DNA of 64,000 nt, from the NCBI GenBank assembly GCA_963762255.1, contig CAVXKA010000001.1:32001-96000 (forward strand), written 5' to 3'. Below the pieces are notes generated by a model. It did no database searches. It was not told the origin of the DNA and saw nothing but the letters and a program-made list of their open reading frames with translations. How positions within the stretch are numbered: position 1 is the stretch's first letter; each line of letters starts with the position of its first letter. A program made the position numbers and the translations under genes. The stretch is from Candidatus Eiseniibacteriota bacterium (GTDB lineage: Bacteria > Eisenbacteria > RBG-16-71-46 > JABDJR01). Of the stretch, positions 30,275-41,428 are shown one piece after another.

Positions 30275-31621
30275 TCAGAGCGTTTTTTGGATTGCCCGAT
30301 CGAGAATCTCGATACCGCGCGTGATCTCGGCGTCGGTGACGTTGAGCGTGGGCCGGAACCGGACGGATCGGGTCCCGCAAGCCAGGGCCAGGAGCCCGTT
30401 GTCGCGAGCCGTGGCCAGCACGCTTCCGCGCACGTCGGCGTCGGGAAGGTCGAACGCCGCCATGAGCCCCCGCGCCCGCGCCTGGGTCACGCCGGCATGG
30501 CGGGACTCGAGGTCGCGCAGGCCCTTGAGCAGCGTCTCACCGCGCCGTCGCGCGTTCTCGACGAGGTTCTCTTCCTCGATGATCTCCAGGTATCGGTGCC
30601 CGCGCACCATGTCGACCAGATTCCCGCCCCAGGTGGAGTTGATACGACTCGATTCGACGAACACGTTGCGATCGACTTCATCGAACCGCTTGCCGGCGAT
30701 GAAGCCGCAGATCTGGAGCTTCTTGCCGAAGGCCACCGCGTCGGGTTCCACCCCCTGGAAATGCTCGTAGCACCAGAACTTCCCGGTGAGGCCGACGCCG
30801 GTCTGCACCTCGTCGAAGATGAGGATGAACTCGAACTCGTCGGCCAGCCGGCGCAGCTCGCGCAGGAACTCGCCGCGGAAGTGATTGTCGCCGCCTTCTC
30901 CCTGGATCGGCTCGATGATGAGGGCGGCGATGTCGTCCCCGTAGCGCGCGCACGCCTCGCGGATTTCCGCCACCGCGCGCTTCTCCGCCGCGGCCACCAG
31001 ATCGGTGTTCGCTTCGTTCATCGGGAACACGCACTTGGGGTTGTCGATCCGAGGCCAGTCGAACTTCGGGAAGTACATCGTCTTCCGCGGATCGGCGGTG
31101 TTGGTCATGCTGAGCGTGTACCCGGTCCGGCCGTGGAACGCCTGCCGGAAGTGGATGACTCGGCTGCCAAGCTCGCTGCGGATGCCCTTGGCCAGGTTCT
31201 TCCGCACCTTCCAGTCGAACGACGCCTTGAGCGTGTTTTCCACGCCAAGCGCGCCGCCGGCCACGAAGAAGGCGTGCGGCAGATAGGGACGCTGGGCGAG
31301 CCGCCGGAACGTCTCGACGAACTCCGCGTACTCGACGGTGTAGACGTCGCTGTTGGCAGGATTCGCGATCGCCGCCCGCATGAGCTTCTCCAGGAACTCG
31401 GGCTCCCTCATCCGTGGGTGGTTGTGCCCGACGGGGAGGCTGGCGAAGTAGGTGTAGAAGTCGAGGTACTCCTTGCCGTCGCGGGCGTCGACGAGGATGG
31501 AGCCGTGGCTCTTCTCGAGGTCGACTACCACATGGTAGCCGTCGACCAGAATGGACTTCTTGAGGCTGTCGAGAACCGCCTCCGGGGCGACGCGAGTGCG
31601 AATATCGGTGGGCGTCGTCAT
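30275..31621 (-). CDS. lat: L-lysine 6-transaminase (class III PLP aminotransferase)
   Basis: PANSDVY, GGALGVENTLKASFDWK, AFHGRTGYTLS.TNT, FPKFDWPRI, EPIQGEGGDNHF, SSRINSTWGG. Confidence 0.93.
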   Translation of the reverse strand: MTTPTDIRTRVAPEAVLDSLKKSILVDGYHVVVDLEKSHGSILVDARDGKEYLDFYTYFASLPVGHNHPRMREPEFLEKLMRAAIANPANSDVYTVEYAEFVETFRRLAQRPYLPHAFFVAGGALGVENTLKASFDWKVRKNLAKGIRSELGSRVIHFRQAFHGRTGYTLSMTNTADPRKTMYFPKFDWPRIDNPKCVFPMNEANTDLVAAAEKRAVAEIREACARYGDDIAALIIEPIQGEGGDNHFRGEFLRELRRLADEFEFILIFDEVQTGVGLTGKFWCYEHFQGVEPDAVAFGKKLQICGFIAGKRFDEVDRNVFVESSRINSTWGGNLVDMVRGHRYLEIIEEENLVENARRRGETLLKGLRDLESRHAGVTQARARGLMAAFDLPDADVRGSVLATARDNGLLALACGTRSVRFRPTLNVTDAEITRGIEILDRAIQKTL

Positions 31622-31750
31622 AGGATTTCCTTTCCGCTACGGAACGCATCGGGTTCCGAAAACACGGCGGGCCGGGGCCCGCGCAATTCGAAGGCGAACC
31701 GGACGCTCACGAGCGCCGGCGCTGTCGATCGGCTGGTGGGCCGCTGGGGG

Positions 31751-31831
31751 CTAGCCCCAACCCCGGAAAGGGGAATACCGGAACGAGGTCGCAGGCTTGA
31801 GGATGTTGAATGTCAGAAGGCTCGACTGCAT
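31751..31831 (-). CDS. Putative 26-aa leader peptide upstream of lat (MQSSLLTFNILKPATSFRYSPFRGWG)
   Basis: Hand translation; RBS GAGGT 6 nt before the ATG; lies between an extended -10 element and lat. Too short for the ORF track. Confidence 0.55.
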   Translation of the reverse strand: MQSSLLTFNILKPATSFRYSPFRGWG

Positions 31832-31861
31832 GGCGCCACCTCGACCGGAAAAGTGAACTCA

Positions 31862-31870
31862 ATAATACCA
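31862..31870 (-). promoter_or_regulatory. Extended -10 promoter of the leader-lat-fbp transcript
   Basis: TGgTATTAT on the minus strand, 30 nt upstream of the leader ATG. Confidence 0.55.
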
Positions 31871-31981
31871 GGAAACGGGAGGGCCGGTCCACCCCTCGGG
31901 TATCGGCAGGCATCGCCGCAAGCTTTTGCGGGATAGTCGATTAGACCATAATGGCCGGGGGTTTCAGAGGGGAAGAGAGGA

Positions 31982-32488
31982 CTACGTCGACCGATAGTTG
32001 CCGAATTTCAGTTCCACTTCGAGGTCCATTCCTTTGAGTAGGTGAATTACTTCCTGAAGGTCGTCTCGCTTGGGGCCTGTCACCCGAACCTGGTCTTCCA
32101 TGATCGCGGCCTGGACCCGTTTGAGCTTGGCATCCTTGATGGCCTTCACGATCTCGCGGGCAAGCTCGGAGGAGAGTCCCTGCACCAGCTCCAGCTTCTG
32201 CCGGACCGTTCCCCCGGCGGCGTCCTCGATCTTCCCCGGTTTGACGTTCTTCAGAGGAACGCTGCGTCGAATCAGTTTCCCCTGCAAGACGTCCCATATC
32301 GCGCTGACCTTGTAGCTGTCGGGCCCGTGGATATCGATGGTGGCGGCTTTGCGATCGAATTCGATCGAGAACTTCACCGCCTTGAAATCGTAGCGGGTGG
32401 TGAGCTCCTTGAGCGTCTGGTTGACCGCGTTGTCGATCTCCTGCAGGTCGACCCCGGTGGTGACGTCGAACGATTCTTTGGATGCCAT
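31982..32488 (-). CDS. yajQ: YajQ family nucleotide/c-di-GMP-binding protein
   Basis: SFDV...VDLQEIDNAVNQ, RYDFK, VQAAI..DQVRVTGPKRDDLQ, FGNYR. Confidence 0.95.
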   Translation of the reverse strand: MASKESFDVTTGVDLQEIDNAVNQTLKELTTRYDFKAVKFSIEFDRKAATIDIHGPDSYKVSAIWDVLQGKLIRRSVPLKNVKPGKIEDAAGGTVRQKLELVQGLSSELAREIVKAIKDAKLKRVQAAIMEDQVRVTGPKRDDLQEVIHLLKGMDLEVELKFGNYRST

Positions 32489-32552
32489 GGCAGGTAGACT
32501 ACGCCAAGTGCGGCCTTGTTTCCACCGGGGGCCGCGGGGTAGGCTACGGGCC

Positions 32553-34067
32553 ATGAAACCCCCGTTTCGCAAGGTCCTTGTCGCCAATCGCGGCGAGATC
32601 GCGGTCCGGGTGATCCGTGCCCTTCACGAGCAGGGCGTCGGCGCGGTGGCGGTGTTCAGTGAAGCAGACCGGAACTCAGTCCACGTGCGTTTCGCGGACG
32701 AGGCGTACTGCATCGGGCCGCCCCCGTCCAGCGAGTCCTATCTGAACCAGGCGGTCATCCTCGAGACCGCGCTCCGGTGCGGCGCCGAGGCCATCCATCC
32801 GGGCTACGGCTTCCTCTCCGAAAACGCAGGGTTCTCGCGGGCGTGCGCCGAGGCGGGGTTGGTTTTCATCGGGCCCTCGGCAGAGTCCATCGCCGCGATG
32901 GGCGACAAGCTCGAAGCGCGCGCCGTGGGGCGCGCGGCCGGCATCCCCATCGTCCCGGGAAGCCCGGGGCCGGTGGCGGACCTGAGCCAGGCGTTGCAGA
33001 GCGCGGAGACGATCGGCTACCCGATCATGCTCAAGGCCTCCGCGGGGGGCGGTGGCAAGGGCATGCGGGTGGTGAGGAGCGCCAAGGATCTGGCCACCGC
33101 GTTCGCTCTCACTCGAGGAGAGGCGGAGAGCGCGTTCGGCAACGGGAAGCTCTACATCGAGAAGTTCATCGAGAAGCCTCGCCACATCGAGATCCAGGTC
33201 TTCGGCGACGGCAAAGGGAACGTGGTGCACCTGGGCGAGCGCGAGTGCTCGCTTCAGCGTCGTCATCAGAAGGTCATCGAGGAAGCGCCCTCGGTGGTGA
33301 TCGACGCCGCGAAGCGCCGCGCCATGGGCGAGGCGGCGGTGAAGCTGGCGAAGGCGGTCAACTACCGCAACGCGGGCACGGTCGAGTTCATCTACGGCGC
33401 GGACGGTGGCTTTTACTTCCTGGAGATGAATACGCGGCTCCAGGTCGAGCATCCGGTCACCGAGTTGGTCTACGGCGTCGATCTCGCCCGCGAGCAAATC
33501 CGGGTGGCGGCAGGCCTGCCGCTCTCGTTCAAGCAGGACGAACTCGTGCCCAAGGGATGGGCGATCGAGTGCCGGATCTACGCCGAGGACCCCTACAACA
33601 ACTTCTTCCCTTCGCTGGGGCGCATCACCCGGCTGCGTCTGGCCTCCGGTCCGGGGGTGCGTAACGACTTCGGGATCCTCCAGGGATACGAAGTCTCCCG
33701 CTTCTACGATCCGATGCTGGGCAAGCTCGTCGTGCACGGGGCCGACCGCGAGGAGGCGCGCCGCCGGATGCTGCGCGCGCTGCGAGAGACGGTGGTCGAA
33801 GGGGTGCGCACGAACATCCCCTTTCATCGCTGGATGCTGGCCCGCGAGGAGTTCATCCGCGGCGATTTCGATACCAGCTTCATCGAGAGCATGTTCACTG
33901 GGGTCGAGCGGTCGACGGATCCTGCGGCCGAGCGCGCCGCCGTCATCGCCGCGGTGATCGCCACCCATGTCGAGGAGCAGCGGGTTCGCCCGCCGGCGGC
34001 GGGTGACAGCGGGATGGACCCGTGGCGGCTCATGGGTCGTCCCGGCGCCACGAACCGAGGCCGCTGA
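32553..34067 (+). CDS. accC: Acetyl/propionyl-CoA carboxylase biotin carboxylase subunit
   Basis: ANRGEIA, HPGYGFLSEN, GGGGKGMR, RECSLQRRHQK, EMNTRLQVEHPVTE, YDPMLGKL. Confidence 0.93.
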   Translation: MKPPFRKVLVANRGEIAVRVIRALHEQGVGAVAVFSEADRNSVHVRFADEAYCIGPPPSSESYLNQAVILETALRCGAEAIHPGYGFLSENAGFSRACAEAGLVFIGPSAESIAAMGDKLEARAVGRAAGIPIVPGSPGPVADLSQALQSAETIGYPIMLKASAGGGGKGMRVVRSAKDLATAFALTRGEAESAFGNGKLYIEKFIEKPRHIEIQVFGDGKGNVVHLGERECSLQRRHQKVIEEAPSVVIDAAKRRAMGEAAVKLAKAVNYRNAGTVEFIYGADGGFYFLEMNTRLQVEHPVTELVYGVDLAREQIRVAAGLPLSFKQDELVPKGWAIECRIYAEDPYNNFFPSLGRITRLRLASGPGVRNDFGILQGYEVSRFYDPMLGKLVVHGADREEARRRMLRALRETVVEGVRTNIPFHRWMLAREEFIRGDFDTSFIESMFTGVERSTDPAAERAAVIAAVIATHVEEQRVRPPAAGDSGMDPWRLMGRPGATNRGR

Positions 34068-34587
34068 TGTCGACACGCTACATCGTCCACCTGGGTGACC
34101 GGCAGCAGACGGTATCCATCACCAAGGAAGGGAACGGCTACCGCGTGGAGATCGACGGCGAGGCGATCGCGGTCGACAGTCTCTCCGTGCCGGGGAGCCC
34201 CACGCGCTCGCTCCTCATCGAAGGGCGTTCCTTCGAGGCGGCCACCATGCCGTCGCGAGACGGTCTCGACGTATACGTTTCCGGCGACGTGTTTCACGTC
34301 CGGGTCACGGACGAATTGTGGGCGCGCGCCGAGAGCGCCGCGCACGGCGCCATCTCCGGCGAGGAGGTGGCCTCCCCCATGCCCGGCTCCGTGGTGCGCA
34401 TCTCGGTGGAGATGGGCCAGGTGGTGGAGGCGGGCCAGACCGTGGCGGTGGTCGAAGCCATGAAGATGCAGAACGATCTTGCCGCGGTGCGCGGAGGCAA
34501 GGTCGAGCAGATCCGTGTGAAGGCCGGCGATATCGTGGAGCAGGGAACGGTGCTGGTGGTGCTCGGGGCCGCAGCGGCGGAGGCGTG

Positions 34588-34588
<1 letters not shown>
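34067..34588 (+). CDS. Biotin carboxyl carrier protein
   Basis: SPMPGSVV and EAMKM biotinylation motif. Confidence 0.93.
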
Positions 34589-36342
<1,754 letters not shown>

Positions 36343-36367
36343 GAAGTTCGGCTCGCGGAGGATTCAG

Positions 36368-36571
36368 ATGCCGATCCAGAGATTCCGCAGTCATGACGAG
36401 GCCCGGCGGGCACTCTGGACGGACTCGTCCGATCCGGCGCTCCCCATGCGGATGAGACGGTTGTGGGCTTTCATGGATAGGCTGTGCCGCCGCCGGCCAC
36501 CACGGGGAGTGCAGAGGTTCAAATCCATCGAGGAGGCCAATCTCGAACGCGCGTCGTGGCCCTACGATTGA
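36368..36571 (+). CDS. Small 67-aa hypothetical protein (possible antitoxin partner of the nucleotidyltransferase)
   Basis: RBS GGAGG; MPIQRFRSHDEA...GVQRFKSIEEA with internally repeated QRF(R/K)S motif. Confidence 0.55.
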   Translation: MPIQRFRSHDEARRALWTDSSDPALPMRMRRLWAFMDRLCRRRPPRGVQRFKSIEEANLERASWPYD

Positions 36572-36805
36572 GGCCCGAGCCGGTTTCGAGTGGATAGGAA
36601 TTGTGCATTGCCCCCCTGGACTCGCGGGGTTGCGCCTCGCGGTCAGATCGTTGAGATGCGCGCGAGCAGTCAGTCCGTGGTCAAGAACGAGGGGGCGCCA
36701 GCGTACGTCTCCCTCCCCACGTGTTCGGCGCGGTTTCCTCAAACGAACACGGGGGCCGACCCATCTCCGGGCCAGCCCCGTGTGCAATCCGTGACCGCCC
36801 GTCGG

Positions 36806-37789
36806 CTAGTAGAGCGTCTTGATCCGACCCCAAGTGGTCGTCTCCACGGAGACCGGTACTTCGCCGAACTTCTGGATGCGGTTGTTGTCGTGTCCGCGAC
36901 GTAGATGTTGCCCGCCGCGTCCGTCGCCACTCCGCGGGGACGACCGAACTGCCCGTTGCCGCTGCCGAATGACCCCCACTGGGTCAGGTACGCGCCCGTG
37001 CCGTGAACTTCTGGATGCGGTTGTTGCCCAAGTCCGCGACATAGACGTCACCCGCGGCGTCCGTCGCCACTCCGACGGGACTGGTTGAACTGCCCGTTGC
37101 CGCTGCCCGGCGAGCCCCACTGGGTGAGGTAGGCGCCCGTGCTCGTGAACTTCTGGATGCGCGAGTTGCCCGCGTCCGCGACGTAGACGTCGCCGGCTGC
37201 GTCCGTCGCCACTCCGTAAGGGTAGTTGAACTGCCCGTTGCCGCTGCCGAGCGAACCCCACTGGGTAAGGTAGCCGCCCGTACTCGTGAACTTCTGGATG
37301 CGGTTGTTGCCGGGATCCGCGACATAGACGTTGCCCGCGGCGTCCGTCGCCACTCCGCAGGGATAGATGAACTGCCCGCTGCCGGTGCCGTATGACCCCC
37401 ACTGGGTGAGGTAGCCGCCGGTACTCGTGAACTTCTGGATGCGGTTGTTGTCCTTGTCCGCAACGTAGACGTTGCCCGCGGCGTCCGTCGCCACCCCGTA
37501 GGGGTACGTTGAACTGCCCGTTGCCGGTGCCGAACGAGCCCCACTGGGTGAGGTAGGCGCCGGTGCTCGTGAACTTCTGGATGCGGTGGTTGGAGGTGTC
37601 CGCGACGTAGACGTTGCCCGCGGCGTCCGTCGCCACTCCGCAGGGATAGCTAAACTGCCCGTTGCCGCTGCCGGACGCCCCCCACTGGGTGAGGTAGGTC
37701 GGAGGTTGTGCTCCAACTGCCGCCGGCAGGATGGATGCGAAACCGAGAAGCGCGAGCGTGATCCCAAAGCGTTGGAGCCAGGAAGTCAT
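36806..37789 (-). CDS. Secreted six-bladed NHL-repeat beta-propeller protein with C-terminal TWG tag; several frameshifts
   Basis: Signal peptide MTSWLQRFGITLALLGFASILPAAVGA; six YLTQWG..GSGNGQF..P.GVATDAAGNVYVAD..N.RIQKF repeats; ends VPVSVETTTWGRIKTLY*. Confidence 0.85.
   Translation of the reverse strand: MTSWLQRFGITLALLGFASILPAAVGAQPPTYLTQWGASGSGNGQFSYPCGVATDAAGNVYVADTSNHRIQKFTSTGAYLTQWGSFGTGNGQFNVPLRGGDGRRGQRLRCGQGQQPHPEVHEYRRLPHPVGVIRHRQRAVHLSLRSGDGRRGQRLCRGSRQQPHPEVHEYGRLPYPVGFARQRQRAVQLPLRSGDGRSRRRLRRGRGQLAHPEVHEHGRLPHPVGLAGQRQRAVQPVPSEWRRTPRVTSMSRTWATTASRSSRHGRVPDPVGVIRQRQRAVRSSPRSGDGRGGQHLRRGHDNNRIQKFGEVPVSVETTTWGRIKTLY
36866..37700. repeat. Six tandem ~141-bp coding repeats (NHL blades)
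   Basis: GAACTTCTGGATGCG at 36866, 37005, 37147, 37288, 37429, 37571 (spacings 139, 142, 141, 141, 142). Confidence 0.9.
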
Positions 37790-37858
37790 GGGGGTATCTC
37801 CTTGATGGTTGCTTGTTCCAAGATCCTGGACGGGTCAGGGACGGGCACCCCGTGCCAA

Positions 37859-38601
37859 TTAGTAGAGCGTCTTGATCCGGCCCCAAGTGGAATCTTGCGT
37901 CGGTACCGGCTGCTGGGGAAAAGCGTCCTGGAAGGTCGTTCCGACACCCAGGTCATCGATGTCGAACTTCCACGCCACCCCGGTCCCGGTGTTGCTCTCC
38001 CGCAAGGCGAAGGCCGAGACATCGACGGGCGTGGCGGCGGGCTCATACAACGACATGTAGCTGCTCGACTCGTTGACTGGGTCCACCCACACTGAAACCG
38101 TCTGGGCCGCCGCGTCATACTTCGTGACGATCGTGTACCACGAGTTGTAGCTGCGGAGACCCTGAGTGTTGCTGGGTGTGTCCCGGCCACCGAAACCCCA
38201 AAGTAGAATGTGGTAGTCGAGGAGCCCGCCCCCATGACCCAGATCTTGGCTCGGGCGTTGGACGTGCCGGTGTCCTTCATGTGGGCGAAGTAGTTTCTCC
38301 TCGGCACGCCGCTGACCGGCTGCAAGATTCTGACCCTGAAGCTGGAGTAGGTCACGCCGGTCAGTCCTTGGGCAGGGAACGCAAGTTCGTCGGCGCGGAC
38401 TTGGTTCATGTCACCCTCAGCATAGTTGCCGATGACCTGAATATCCGTGCCGATGCCGCTGGACGTGGCCCACCCCCCATTCGGGACCAAGTTGCCGTTG
38501 AGGTAGCTGAACGGTTCACTCACGAAGTTGGTCGCGAGGGCGGGCGACGCAAGGATCGCCGCACTGCTGAGCGCTAGGAGCGCGTGAACAGTCTTATGCA
38601 T
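37859..38601 (-). CDS. Secreted beta-rich hypothetical protein with C-terminal TWG tag; frameshift at ~38150
   Basis: RBS GAGGAG, signal peptide MHKTVHALLALSSAAILASPALA; continues in ORF 37859..38092 ending QPVPTQDSTWGRIKTLY*. Confidence 0.75.
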
Positions 38602-38764
38602 CGTAGGGTCTCCTCTTGGTGCTTGGATCGGCCAGCGGACTCTGAAGCGGCGGACGACGCCTGACTCAGAAACGAAAGCGTGATCCCCAAGCGTCGTAGC
38701 CGGGAAGTCATGCGGTATCTCCTGGTTTGTCCGGCCTCGGGAAGGAAACATGAAACCGGTCAAG

Positions 38765-38835
38765 AACGATCAACACAGTAGCTTATATAAAGACTAACCA
38801 TGATATACATTATTCATAAGAGACTAGATCTGTAC
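38765..38835. promoter_or_regulatory. AT-rich divergent promoter region
   Basis: CTTATATAAAGACTAACCATGATATACATTATTCATAAG stands out in otherwise GC-rich DNA between divergent secreted-protein genes. Confidence 0.4.
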
Positions 38836-39098
38836 GCTTTGTCGGTCGCATCCAGACCACAGCGTAACCAGCACTATCACTGCACGTTACCCAAACCGGA
38901 GCGTCCAGCGAGAGGCGTCCGTTCCCCTTGACCCCATCGGGCTTCGGCTCCCCAATGTGGTCTGGAAGCTCTTCGGGGGCATCCGAACCCTGACGTAATA
39001 CGACTAGAATAGTTGCAGTCAACGTCCTCCACGGGGCAGCTCAGCGAGCGGAACCCCGTCTCTCGTGCAATCACCCAATGCGATCGGAGGGTCCGGCG

Positions 39099-39728
39099 AT
39101 GAGTTCTCTGCTACCGGCTTCCACCATCCAGCGCCTCGTTCGGCATCTCGGCGTAATGGCCCTCGTTCTTCTCGGCACGATTGCCCTGCCCGTTGCGTCT
39201 GGAGCCCAGCCATGTCCCCTCCCGCCGCAGTACACCAACAGCGCCAGCGTGATGGTAGGTGACGTTCGATTCATCCTCGCCACGGAGACCTACCTGTACG
39301 CCGTCGGCGATCCGGTCAGCATCATCATGACCGTGGAGAACACCGGCTCCGGTTCAGTGACCATTCCGAATCCCTCGATGATCTCGCCGCTTCAGGCGCT
39401 GTGGGTAGTTGCCGATACGTGCGCTACCTTTTACGTGGACGACTGCCCCTCCGTCTCGCCGTTCGCTTGGCCTCAGAGCCACTACTACTTCGGCGTGTCG
39501 ATCGTTCTCGCTCCCGGCGAATGCCGCACCTACACGCAGACCTGGAACGGTGTGCCATGGCAGGGCGGGACTACACAGCCGGGTCCTTATGCCGTTCTTG
39601 GCGGCATGAGCAGGGGGTCGACACTATTCATGCCCCAAGGCGGTGTCCGGCTTCCGATCCTGGTCGGCATACAGGGTGTTCCTACGGACCAGCGTACCTG
39701 GGGAGCGATCAAAGCGCTGTACCGGTAG
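39099..39728 (+). CDS. Secreted Ig-like (BsuPI-like) protein with C-terminal TWG tag
   Basis: RBS GGAGG; signal peptide ...LVLLGTIALPVASGA; YAVGDPVSIIMTVENTG...LAPGEC.TYTQTW...PGPY; ends GVPTDQRTWGAIKALYR*. Confidence 0.75.
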   Translation: MSSLLPASTIQRLVRHLGVMALVLLGTIALPVASGAQPCPLPPQYTNSASVMVGDVRFILATETYLYAVGDPVSIIMTVENTGSGSVTIPNPSMISPLQALWVVADTCATFYVDDCPSVSPFAWPQSHYYFGVSIVLAPGECRTYTQTWNGVPWQGGTTQPGPYAVLGGMSRGSTLFMPQGGVRLPILVGIQGVPTDQRTWGAIKALYR

Positions 39729-39744
39729 CCAGTCTCGGCTGCAG

Positions 39745-39975
39745 TCAGTCCGATCCACCCAGGGTCCAGACCTCGCGTCCGCTCTTGAGATGCTTCTTAT
39801 GGATACTCACGTCGTCGGCCCCCTCCGCCTCGGCAATCGAGCGGAGTTCGGCGATGTCTTCGGGACTGCCGTCGCAGAATCCTATCGGACGCGGATTATT
39901 GGGCAGTTGGAGCTGGACTTTGAACTCGCCACGGTCCCATCGAGTCTGAGTCGCATTGTTGTAGGGGTAGATCAT
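39745..39975 (-). CDS. Small 76-aa hypothetical protein
   Basis: Protein-like ORF MIYPYNNATQTRWDRG...IGFCDGS...KSGREVWTL filling the gap between two genes. Confidence 0.6.
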   Translation of the reverse strand: MIYPYNNATQTRWDRGEFKVQLQLPNNPRPIGFCDGSPEDIAELRSIAEAEGADDVSIHKKHLKSGREVWTLGGSD

Positions 39976-40007
39976 GATGTTGCAGAGTCTAAGCGACCCG
40001 CCCCGGC

Positions 40008-41188
40008 CTAGCTGGTGAATTCCACGCGCACTCCGCGCTTCGCGTGCCGGGCCAGCGTGGCGGCGTCCCAGTTCGTTAGGCGGATGCAGCCGTGGGACGC
40101 CGCGTAACCGATCGTCTGCGGGGTGGCCGTGCCGTGGATCCCGTAGTTCTCCTTCGAGAGCTGCATCCAGACCACGCCCACCGGTGAGTTGGGGCCGGCC
40201 GGCAAATTGGCTTCCGGCTCGTCGTCCGACACGTCGGCGAACAGTTTCGGCTGATAGTGGAACGTGGGATTCCGCGCGATGCCGATGATCCGGAGGTTAC
40301 CCTCGGGTGAGGGGTCGTACTTGGACCCCAGCGTCGACGGAAAGTGGAAGAGAATGCTTCCATCGCTATCGATGGCATGGGCATAGAAGCCCCGGCGCGA
40401 CACGATGATCCGGTCGATGACGCGGGTGGAATCGACCGCTCCCTCCGCCGTCCAACCCGGGTCGACATTGGGGACGAGCAGATCCTCCCCGCCGTCAGGC
40501 TCCCGGCGTGGATGCCGGAATTGAGTGAGGTCAGGAACTCCGGTGTCGTGTGGAATTTCTCGCCAATGGCCTCGAGAAGCGACTCGTAACACAGGCAGGA
40601 CTGCCTGGCCTTGTCGTACATGTCCTTGCCGAGCGGCACGAACTTCTGATCCGCGTCGGCGGCCGTCACCCGGTAGGGGACGACCGGCTCCCATTGCGCT
40701 GCCAACCGTTCGAGAAGCCGACTCGTCTCCGGATCGAGATCGCCCGTCGGCTTCAAGCCGTACGCGTCCTGGAACCAGTAGAGCGCCTTGGCCGTGTTCT
40801 TCCCCCCCGGCCGTCTATGACCCCCGGCGAAAAATGAAGCCGATCCAGCCACACCTGGAGCGTCAACGCCGGCAGACTGTCAGACGGCGCGCCGGTCCGC
40901 GGTGACGAGTCGACCGGTATCGCCCGGGCACGTCCCGCAGCCCGCTTCGTCAATTCGTACCGCGCCGCCGCCCGCCACGAGGTATCCCCGCGCGCCGCCT
41001 CGAGGGCAGCCGCATCGTATACATCCACATCGATCATCGGAGCGGACGCATCGATCGGCAATGTGTCGCCGGGAGCCGGCGTCAGAATTCGATGCCGCAT
41101 TCGAGCGGGTGTCCCGCCGTTCGCATCCGACGGCTCCGAGGACCACCAGCCCGAGCAAGAATATTGCATTCCGTCCCATGCTACGCAT
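40008..41188 (-). CDS. L,D-transpeptidase (YkuD) lipoprotein with peptidoglycan-binding domain; several frameshifts
   Basis: Lipobox LGAVGC; LQVWLDRLHFSPGVIDG..GKNTAKAL..FQ...GLKPTG; PAGPNSPVGVVW, YGIHGT, SHGCIRLTNWD. Confidence 0.85.
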
Positions 41189-41428
41189 ATAAGCTCCTCC
41201 ATCAAGTCGACAGTTCAAGAGTGTACTCTGGTCCGATCTGCGCGGTTACGATCGGCACAGGTGGCCGGACCGGCGGTTTTCGAGCGGGCGGGAATTGCGC
41301 GCTGTGCCTGATTGTGGCAATAAACTTGATTCCTACCCGGCAAATCTGATAATTTCTCACGCTTGGCGGCCTGCCAGAGCCTCGGCCAGGCCGAAGTGAG
41401 ACTCCATCTAAACCATGAGGAGACCCCC

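Noticed and set aside
31622-31900. Lysine (L-box) riboswitch upstream of lat
   Set aside because: Only a GAGGTG-like word is present. I could not find the other conserved L-box elements, and the region is better explained by a promoter plus uORF. An Rfam scan would settle it.
36866-37700. Regular repeats as a CRISPR array
   Set aside because: Units are ~141 bp, contiguous, encode NHL blades, have no unique spacers and no cas genes are nearby.
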